From contig NZ_CP006568.1 in assembly GCF_000517405.1 (NCBI RefSeq), positions 1,669,152 to 1,701,151 of the forward strand: a stretch of 32,000 bases of DNA, given 5' to 3'. The position numbers and the translations under genes were made by a program. Shown here one piece after another: positions 24,421 through 32,000 of the stretch (within the stretch, counting starts at the first letter, position 1; each line of letters begins with the position of its first letter). Under the pieces are notes generated by a model. It was not told where the DNA came from, ran no database searches, and saw only the letters and a list, made by a program, of their open reading frames with translations. Source of the DNA: Candidatus Sodalis pierantonii str. SOPE (GTDB lineage Bacteria; Pseudomonadota; Gammaproteobacteria; Enterobacterales; Enterobacteriaceae).

Positions 24421-26061
24421 TATTTCGCCCTCTTCGGCTGTGGATCTTTACCTTTATCCGCTTCAAAAACCAGCGCGTTGCTCTTGCTGTTCAGCGTCCG
24501 CAACACTGGTTGCAGCTCGCGCAGCACCTGATCGAGGCGCTGCATGTCCACCACCATTTTATTGTAGGCGGGGGCGCCGGGCTGGAACCCTTTCATACTG
24601 CGGTTCAGCTCTTTCAGAGTCTGCTGCATATCTTGGGGCAATTGCTGCATCGACGCGCTTTCGGTGATCTTATTCACGACCTTCAGCGTGCGCTGTAGCT
24701 CTTGTAGCATGCTCCAACTTTGCGCCAGCGTACTGGTGGCTTGATTGAGCATCGGATCGAGCGGTAGCGCATTAATTTTATCCAGCGTTGCGGTCAGTTT
24801 TTGCTGTATCTGCGCCAGACCGGCGCTGGTGGTCGGCAGGACCGGGTAACCCTTGACGGTCGAGGGCCTCGGCCAGGCTTTGGCCTGCGGATAGAAATCC
24901 AAATCGACATTATAGCGCGCCGGTCAGCAAGTTGGCGCTCTTGAGCGCCGCGCGGAAGCCCTGCCCTTCGACCTCGGTCAGGCGCTTATTAATATCAAAG
25001 TTTTTACCTACCTTGCTGATAAAGCGATCCGGCTCAATGCGAATGAGCACCGGTACGCGATAGTCGCCGTTCATTTCCTGATCGGCGCTAACGGTGGCGA
25101 ACGGCACCTCCGCCACGGTCCCCAGGCGGATGCCGCGGAATTCTACCGGCGCCCCCGGTTGCAGGCCGCGAATCGAATCGTCAAAGAACAGGACATAGTC
25201 CTGATGTTGGGTGTAAAGGGAATCGGCGATGTCGTTCTTATTATCGAACAGCTGATAACGCTGCTGTTCTTTGGCCGACTGTCCCAGTTCCCAGCCGGTC
25301 GGCACATCGAAACTGACCCCGCCGGCAAACAGCGTGGTCAGCGAGCCCATTTCCACGCGCATGCCGGAGGCCGACAAATTGAGCGCCACGCCGCTGTCCT
25401 TCCAGAAACGGACATTGGTGGTCACCAGGGTATCATAAGGCGCGTTGATAAAGAGCTGATAATTCATCATGCGCTTAAGCGGATCGAAGTGGCTGGTTTC
25501 CACCGTACCGACGCGGAAGCCGCGAAACAGCACCGGATCGCAGGCGCTCAACTGGCCAGAACGATCGCTGTCCAGCTGGATTCGGATTCCGCGCGCATCG
25601 GGAGAAGCCAGCGGCGGCGCGTCCAACAATTTGAATTCCCGCGAGGTCTCTTCGCTGGATCCGGGTTGCAGTTGAATATAGGCGCCGGATAATAGGGTCC
25701 CTAATCCCGACACCCCTTCCTTGCCGATCTGCGGCTTCACCACCCAAAACGCCGAGTCTTTATTCAGCATTTTTTCCATGCCGTTATAGATGCGCGCTTT
25801 GATTTCCACCTGGCGTAAATCGTCACTCAGCATCACGCTCTCGACGGTGCCGACATCCACGCTGCGGCTTTTGATGGCGGTTTTTCCGGCTTCAATACCC
25901 TCAGCGCTGCTGGTGGTCAGGGTGATCACTTTGCCCTGATGGCTGAAATGGTAAAACAGGATCCAGGCGCCAATGAGGACGGTGACAATGGGAACGATCC
26001 ACACCGGCGACCAGCGTTTGATCTTCTCCACTCGGGCTTTCTGATAATTATTTTCCGTCAA
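24420..26061 (-). pseudogene. pqiB: MCE-domain protein PqiB with a single 1-nt frameshift
   Basis: 383 aa (MTENNYQKARVEKIKRWSPVWIVPIV...SANLLTGAL*) are followed in another frame by (Y)NVDLDFYPQAKAW...LRELQPVLRTLNSKSNALVFEADKGKDPQPKRAK*. The junction CTATAATGTCGAT at about 24906-24915 has one extra A relative to GAL-Y-VDLDFYP. Confidence 0.88.
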
Positions 26062-27330
26062 CGGTCGACTCCTTTAGCGTGGTATGCGAAGCCCTGTCCC
26101 ACAAAAGACGGGGGTCAAAAGTTTTGGCGGCGATCATGGTCAAGATGACCACCGCGGCAAACAGCAGCACGCCGATGCCGGGGCTAATGCTCATCAGCCT
26201 ACCCATGCGCACCAGGCCAGACAGCACGGCAATAACAAAAACATCTATCATCGACCAGCGGCCGACGAATTCCACCACCTCGTAGAGCAGGTGCATCCGT
26301 TCGCTGTCGGCCGCGTTTCGCTCGCCGCGGCCGGCGGCGTCCCAGCACAGCCAGCCCAGCGCAATCATCTTCAGGCTGGGGACCATGATACTGGCGATAA
26401 AAATTACCGCCGCCACCGGTATCGGGCCGTCCTCCCACAGCAGGATAACGCCGGCCATGATGGTGGAATTAAGTCGATTACCCAGCCCGTCGGTAATCAT
26501 AATCGGCAGCAGATTGGCCGGCACATAGAGCATCAATGAGGTGAGTAACAGCGCCAGCGTCCATTGCAGGCTATGGATACGTCGCGCGTGCTCGCGGGTA
26601 CGGCAGCGCGGACAAATGGCGGCGTCCGCGGGCAGGATCAGCGTACAACAGCTGCAAGCGCGTATGCCCTGCGCCAGGAGGCCGCCCTCACCGGGCCGCA
26701 ATCGCGTTACCGGCGACGTGAACGGCATGATGACGTTCCATAACCAGCAGGGGTCAACGCATTGTAACGCCCTCAGTTGCAGCAAGCAGAAGAAACAGAA
26801 TGGAATAAAACTGTTGCCGATGCCTATCTGGCTGTAAGCCATCAATTTGACAAAACTGACCAGCACCCCAACCAAGAAAATCTCCGCCATGCCCCAACTG
26901 CGCAGGGCGAATAATAACTTGGCCAGAAACGCCTTCAGGCGAAACGGCAGCGGTACATCTAGACACAATAAGATGATCAAAATCATGCAAAGCGCGGGGA
27001 TAGCCTGCACGCACAGCAAAAACACGCCCGCCAGGCTGGAAAAATGATCGCTAACCATCACCAGCGGAATTTGCGGCAGCGTTATTTGCCGCTTTATGCC
27101 GGAGACTTCCATATTGACAAAGGGGAAGAGATTGGCCAGCCCCTGCATCACCAGCGCGCTGATGGCGCCCCCCCCCCCGGCTGGCGTTTGGGATCGTGCC
27201 AATAGCTCTGCAAGGTGTTACGGCACCGCGGGCAGATCCCCATCTGGCCGGGCGTCAGCGGCGGCAGCGCCACCAATAAATCACAGTGCGGGCAAAGCAC
27301 GTGATGTTGATGTCGGGGATAATCGCACAC
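26048..27330 (-). pseudogene. pqiA: paraquat-inducible membrane protein PqiA, frameshifted in an 11-nt G run
   Basis: GTG at 27330 is preceded by AGGAGG. MCDYPRHQHHVLCPHCDLLVALPPLTPGQMGICPRCRNTLQSYWHDPKRQP runs into G11 (plus-strand C11 at 27168-27178). The rest (AISALVMQGLANLFPFVNM...FDPRLLWDR...) is in another frame. Confidence 0.88.
27168..27178 (-). repeat. G11 (C11 on plus strand) homopolymer carrying the pqiA frameshift
   Basis: Read directly from gatggcgccc ccccccccgg. Adding 1 nt or removing 2 nt would fuse the two PqiA ORFs. Confidence 0.9.
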
Positions 27331-27398
27331 GCCTACCTCCTATGGTGCTTTCCGTTTGCGCGGGTAATCGGCGGGCGGCATAGACCGCCCGCCAGGGC

Positions 27399-29321
27399 CT
27401 ATTCCGCCGCGCCGTTCCTTTGCGCTTCCAGCGTTTCCCAGCGGCTGAACGCCTGCTCAAGCGCGTCCTCCGCCTGCGCAATCGCCGTCAGCACCGGCTG
27501 CGTTGTCTCGTGGGGTTGACTGAAAAAGTCCGGCGCCGCCACTTGCGCCTGCAATTGGCCTATTTCCTGCTCCAATCGCTCGATCTGCCCCGGGAGGGTT
27601 TCCAGCTCCCGTTGCAGGTTATAACTGAGTTTCCCCCCGCCGCGTTTGGCAGAAGATGGGGTAGCCCCAGGCGCGGGCGCCGGGGGCTTCTGCACCGGCG
27701 CCGGCTGCGCCCTTAGCGCGCGCCGATTGCTGCGCTGGCGCTGCGCGTCAAAATAACCGCCCACGTAACACTCGATGCGCCCTTCCCCTTCAAAAATCCA
27801 GCATTCGGTCACCGAGTTATCCACAAACTGGCGATCGTGGCTGACCAGCAGTACGGTGCCCTGATAGCTGTCGAGGAGCTCTTCCAGCAATTCCAGGGTT
27901 TCGACATCAAGATCGTTGGTGGGTTCGTCAAGAATCAGCAGGTTGCTGGGATTAAGAAACAGCCGCGCCAATAACAACCGATTACGCTCGCCGCCTGAAA
28001 GCGCTTTTACCGGCGTCATTGCCCGTTTCGGATGAAACAGAAAGTCCTGTAGGTAGCCCAACACGTGACGCGAGCGACCGTTGACCATCACCTCCTGCTT
28101 ACCCTCGGCCAGGTTGTCCATCACGGTACGCTCCGGATCGAGCACCGCGCGATACTGGTCGAAATAGGCGACTTCCAGCTTGGTGCCGCAGTGTATGCGG
28201 CCGCTATCGGCGCCAAGTTGACCCAGCATCAGCTTCAGCAGCGTGGTTTTACCACAGCCGTTGGGGCCGATAAGAGCAATTTTATCCTCGCGCTGCACCT
28301 GCGCGCTGAAGTGGCTAATCAGCGTTTTCCCTTCTAGGCCATAGCTGACGTCTTCCAGTTCAAAGACGATTTTGCCCGACCGCGCCGCCTCTTCCACCTG
28401 GATTTTCGCGCTGCCCATCACTTCACGACGCTCGGAACGCTCTTGACGCAGCGCCTTCAACGCGCGCATCCGCCCTGCATTCCGCGTGCGCCGGGCTTTA
28501 ATCCCCTGGCGGATCCACACCTCTTCCAGAGCCAGTTTGCGATCGAACTCGGCGTTCTGCAGCTCCTGCACCCGCAGCTCTTCCTCTTTTCCTTTCAGGT
28601 ATTTGTCATAATTACCCGGCCAGGAGACCAGCTTGCCGCGGTCCAAATCGACGATGCGGGTCGCCATCGCGCGGATAAACGAGCGGTCATGGGAGATGAA
28701 AATAATGCTGCCGGGAAAGGTCTTCAGGAAAGCTTCCAGCCAGTCAATGGTTTCAATATCCAGATGGTTGGTCGGTTCATCCAGCAGCAGCACCTGTGGT
28801 TCGCACACCAGCGCGCGGCCCAGCGCCGCCTTGCGCAGCCAGCCGCCGGACAGCGATGACAGTTGGCTGTCTGCGCCCAGGCCTATCTGCGCAATTACCT
28901 CATGGATGCGCTTTTCCAAATGCCACAAATTTTGATGGTCGAGAATTTCCATCAGCCGGCCCATTTCCGCCAGATTTTTTTCGCTCGGGTCCTGTTCTAC
29001 CCGCTGAGAAATCCCGTGATAGGCTTTCAGTATCTGTGCCTGCGCCTCGACACCTTCGGCAACGAAATCGAAAACGCTGCCAGTAACGTCCCGTGGCGGA
29101 TCTTGCTGCAGCCGGGCGACGATGACATCCTGCTCGAAAATCAGTTGACCATCGTCGAGGGGCACCTCGCGGCTCAAGATTTTCATCAAGGTGGATTTGC
29201 CGGCGCCGTTGCGCCCCACCAGGCAGACGCGCTCGTTGCGCTCAATATGTAGCTCGGTGTTATCCAGCAGCGGCGCATCACTGAACGACAACCAGGCGCC
29301 GGAAAGACTGATTAATGACAT
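27399..29321 (-). CDS. uup: ABC-F family ATPase Uup
   Basis: 640 aa, collinear with E. coli Uup (635 aa). It has two ABC cassettes (GRNGAGKST / LSGGW...LLLDEPTNHLD and GPNGCGKTT / LSGGERNRL...LILDEPTNDLD) and a C-terminal coiled-coil tail. Confidence 0.95.
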   Translation of the reverse strand: MSLISLSGAWLSFSDAPLLDNTELHIERNERVCLVGRNGAGKSTLMKILSREVPLDDGQLIFEQDVIVARLQQDPPRDVTGSVFDFVAEGVEAQAQILKAYHGISQRVEQDPSEKNLAEMGRLMEILDHQNLWHLEKRIHEVIAQIGLGADSQLSSLSGGWLRKAALGRALVCEPQVLLLDEPTNHLDIETIDWLEAFLKTFPGSIIFISHDRSFIRAMATRIVDLDRGKLVSWPGNYDKYLKGKEEELRVQELQNAEFDRKLALEEVWIRQGIKARRTRNAGRMRALKALRQERSERREVMGSAKIQVEEAARSGKIVFELEDVSYGLEGKTLISHFSAQVQREDKIALIGPNGCGKTTLLKLMLGQLGADSGRIHCGTKLEVAYFDQYRAVLDPERTVMDNLAEGKQEVMVNGRSRHVLGYLQDFLFHPKRAMTPVKALSGGERNRLLLARLFLNPSNLLILDEPTNDLDVETLELLEELLDSYQGTVLLVSHDRQFVDNSVTECWIFEGEGRIECYVGGYFDAQRQRSNRRALRAQPAPVQKPPAPAPGATPSSAKRGGGKLSYNLQRELETLPGQIERLEQEIGQLQAQVAAPDFFSQPHETTQPVLTAIAQAEDALEQAFSRWETLEAQRNGAAE

Positions 29322-29324
29322 GGC

Positions 29325-31451
29325 TTAGAGATCCTTGTCCGCATGGCTTATCAGCCAGCAGTGATGAATTTGTCGGTTGCGGGCGAAGTCCGGCGAGCGG
29401 GTACGATCGGTTATCGGCTGCGCCCTCAGGCCCAGCGCGGTCAGCCCCGCATCATCCAGTTGGAAACCGCGTCTGTTGTTGGAGAACATGATGGTACCGC
29501 CGGTGCGCAACAGCCGTTTGAGCTCGGCCATCAGCGCCACATGGTCGCGCTGAACGTCAAAGGTATCGGCCATCCGCTTGGAATTGGAGAAGGTGGGCGG
29601 GTCGATGAATATCACATCGAACGTTTCCTGCACCATCGATAGCCACGCCCGGCAATCCGCCTGTATCAGCCGGTGCTGACGGCCCACCAGGTCGTTGCTG
29701 CGCAGATTTTTTTCCGCCCACTCCAAATAGGTGCGCGACATATCCACCGAGGTGGTGCTGCGCGCGCCGCCAATACCGGCATGGACGCTGCCGCTGCCGG
29801 TGTAGGCGAACAAATTGAGGAAGTCTTTGCCGCGGCTCATTTCCCCCAGCATCCTGCGCGCAATGCGGTGATCGAGGAATAGCCCGGTATCCAAGTAGTC
29901 GGTCAAGTTGACCCACAATTTGGCGCCGTACTCCTCCACCAGCAAGAATTCGCCCTTCTGCGCCAGTTTTTCATATTGATTCTTGCCTTTCTGCCGCTCG
30001 CGCGCTTTGACCACCAGACGGCTGGCCTGTATCGCCAGCACCGCCAGGGTGGCATTAATCACATCGTACAGCCGCTGCCGCGCACGCTCGGGTTCCACGC
30101 TTTTCGGCGCCACATACTCCTGAATCACCACCCAGCTGCTGTAGCGATCGATAGCGACATTGTAATCCGGCAGATCGGCGTCATACAGCCTGTAGCAATC
30201 CAGCTTTTCCCGCTCGACCCATTTTTGCAGCGAGCGCACATTTTTGCGCAGGCGGTTGGCGAAATCGGCGGCAATTTGCCCTTTCCCCTGGCCGGGCGGA
30301 ACGGCGGTTTCCGCCAGCAGGTAGTTCTTCTGCTCGCAGTCCAGCGGGCCGTTTTTGGCTTTAAAACTGCGTTCTGCGCGCAGCATCAACGCGCCGAGCA
30401 GCGCCGGCGAGGCGCTGAACAACGACAGCCGCCAGCCGCCGAACCGGCTTTTCATGACCCGCCCGAGCTGGTTGTGCAGGGCGATAAGCGCCGGTTCACT
30501 CTCTAGGCGCTCACCGTAAGGGGGATTGCTTACAACCGTCCCGCGCGGCCCCTCCGGCAGCGGATTTACCCGCTGCGCCACTTCGCCGGCCTGGAAGGTT
30601 ATCAGCGCAGACACGCCGGCGCGGCGCGCGTTTTGGCGCGCCTTCTCCAGCACCCGGCTGTCGACATCGGAGCCGTAAAAGCGCGACGGCGTTTGTGCCA
30701 GCCCCGCTCGGGCACGCTCGCGCGCTTCGCGCACCGTCTCTTGCCATAGCGCCTCATCATGCCCGGACCAGGCGGAAAATCCCCAAAACGGACGCGTAAG
30801 CCCGGGGGCGCAATCGGCCGCGATCAGCGCCGCTTCAATCAGCAGCGTACCGGAGCCGCACATCGGATCCAGCAGCGGCGTACCGGGTTGCCAGCCGGAG
30901 CGCAGCACGATGGCGGCGGCGAGATTCTCCTTTAACGGCGCCTGACCCTGCGCATCGCGATAGCCACGCTGGTGCAGGCTGCTGCCTCTCAGATCAAGCG
31001 ACAGCATCACCCGGTCGCGGTGCAGATAGGCCTGAATGCGGATATCGGGCTGCTGGCGGTCGACATCGGGTCGACGCGCGCCGTGGCGGGTAAAACTGTC
31101 GACGATGGCGTCCTTAACCTTCAGCGCGCCATACTGGCTGTTGCGGATTGCCGCGTTGGTGCCGCTGAAATGTACGGCGAAACGTTTATCCACCGTGAAC
31201 AGCGACGGCCAGTTCACCGCCTGCACACCGCGATACAGGTCGCCATCGCTGCCGACGCTGAAATCGTTCAGCGGCAGGACGATGCGCGACGCCAGACGAC
31301 TCCACAACAGCGCGCGGTAAAGCAGCCGGCTATCGGCCTGGAAGTGCACGCCGCCCAGCGCAACTTTACACGAGGCGGCCCCCAGGGTTTCCAGCTCGCT
31401 TTTCAACAGTTCTTCCAAGCCTTGTGCCGTGGTGGCAAACAGAGAATTCAT
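29325..31451 (-). CDS. rlmL: bifunctional 23S rRNA m2G2445/m7G2069 methyltransferase RlmL (RlmKL)
   Basis: 708 aa. [25 protein letters not shown]..., ...[16 protein letters not shown]..., ...NPPYGERL..., ...[11 protein letters not shown]... to ...[13 protein letters not shown] are collinear with E. coli RlmL (702 aa). The stop is 3 nt before the uup start. Confidence 0.95.
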   Translation of the reverse strand: MNSLFATTAQGLEELLKSELETLGAASCKVALGGVHFQADSRLLYRALLWSRLASRIVLPLNDFSVGSDGDLYRGVQAVNWPSLFTVDKRFAVHFSGTNAAIRNSQYGALKVKDAIVDSFTRHGARRPDVDRQQPDIRIQAYLHRDRVMLSLDLRGSSLHQRGYRDAQGQAPLKENLAAAIVLRSGWQPGTPLLDPMCGSGTLLIEAALIAADCAPGLTRPFWGFSAWSGHDEALWQETVREARERARAGLAQTPSRFYGSDVDSRVLEKARQNARRAGVSALITFQAGEVAQRVNPLPEGPRGTVVSNPPYGERLESEPALIALHNQLGRVMKSRFGGWRLSLFSASPALLGALMLRAERSFKAKNGPLDCEQKNYLLAETAVPPGQGKGQIAADFANRLRKNVRSLQKWVEREKLDCYRLYDADLPDYNVAIDRYSSWVVIQEYVAPKSVEPERARQRLYDVINATLAVLAIQASRLVVKARERQKGKNQYEKLAQKGEFLLVEEYGAKLWVNLTDYLDTGLFLDHRIARRMLGEMSRGKDFLNLFAYTGSGSVHAGIGGARSTTSVDMSRTYLEWAEKNLRSNDLVGRQHRLIQADCRAWLSMVQETFDVIFIDPPTFSNSKRMADTFDVQRDHVALMAELKRLLRTGGTIMFSNNRRGFQLDDAGLTALGLRAQPITDRTRSPDFARNRQIHHCWLISHADKDL

Positions 31452-31554
31452 CTGGTCTCTTATTATTAATTAAAAAGAAAATCGTTGCGCATTATAGCCA
31501 ATCCTGCCCCATTGTCATAAAGTTGACCGTCATCACAAACGGCACGGAGGCAGA

Positions 31555-32000
31555 ATGAGTATTTTATCGCGTTTATATGTGCATCCGGTGAAATCAATGC
31601 GCGGGTTGCAGCTATCGCACGCCCTGGCCGGCGCCGAAGGGTTGGCGTTTGATCGCGTTTTTATGCTCACCGACGCCGACGGCGCCTTTATCACCGCCCG
31701 TCAGTATCCGCAGATGTTATTATTCACCCCGGTAATGCTGCCGGGCGGGCTGCACCTTACCGCCCCCGACGGGCAAAGCCGCCACGTGCGTTTTACCGAT
31801 TTTTCCGCGCCGGCGCAGCCGGTTGAGATCTGGGGGAATCATTTTACCGCTCATCCGGCGCCGGAGACCATCAATACCGGGCTTTCCGGCTATCTTGAAC
31901 AGCCGGTTACCCTCTGCTGGACGGGCGAGCATAGCCACAGGCGGGTGAAACGCTTCCTGGCCGTCCCGCTGTCGTTCGCCGACGGCTATCCCTATATTCT
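31555..32000 (+). CDS. ycbX: MOSC-domain 2Fe-2S protein YcbX, N-terminal part (runs off the right edge)
   Basis: This ORF is not in the ORF track because it has no stop in the window. ATG at 31555 follows [59 protein letters not shown]...[13 protein letters not shown] matches recalled E. coli YcbX (..[11 protein letters not shown]...GLAFDRIFM...FITARQFPQM...[13 protein letters not shown]). Confidence 0.88.
   Translation, partial: MSILSRLYVHPVKSMRGLQLSHALAGAEGLAFDRVFMLTDADGAFITARQYPQMLLFTPVMLPGGLHLTAPDGQSRHVRFTDFSAPAQPVEIWGNHFTAHPAPETINTGLSGYLEQPVTLCWTGEHSHRRVKRFLAVPLSFADGYPYI

Overview
This window is a collinear enterobacterial core-chromosome block. Gene order matches my recollection of E. 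coli K-12: yccX-rlmI-hspQ-yccU-yccT-mgsA-helD-yccF-yccS-sxy-sulA-ompA-matP-ycbZ-fabA-rmf-pqiCBA-uup-rlmL-ycbX. The block is caught in active reductive decay. About half of the 22 host genes look intact: rlmI, hspQ, helD, sxy, ycbZ, fabA, rmf, uup, rlmL, and the edge fragments of yccX and ycbX. The other half are pseudogenes: yccU, yccT, mgsA, yccF, yccS, sulA, ompA, matP, pqiA, pqiB, pqiC. Five insertion sequences from four families are present: two IS256, one IS21, one ISL3 and one IS5/IS903-group element. By my boundaries they total 7937 bp, about 25% of the window. Each sits inside a gene or an operator. A truncated phage integrase lies next to one IS256 copy. Core synteny, roughly 55% GC and these four IS families fit a recently host-restricted Sodalis-allied insect endosymbiont (SOPE-like). 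That assignment is from memory and needs a database search. I saw no rRNA, tRNA, CRISPR array or large unexplained ORF cluster, so I cannot support a classical novel multi-gene system. Five signals stand out. (1) An ISL3 element has inserted exactly in the spacer of the sulA LexA box. (2) That element carries an AT-rich passenger ORF for a small secreted protein, now directly downstream of the operator-less SOS promoter. (3) Six nonsense lesions are all TGG->TGA at conserved Trp codons. (4) Frameshifts sit in long G, C or T homopolymers. (5) One IS256 copy lacks a target duplication and marks an IS-mediated deletion of a prophage. All homology statements rest on my recollection of E. coli protein sequences and on reading the sequence by eye. 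No searches were run.
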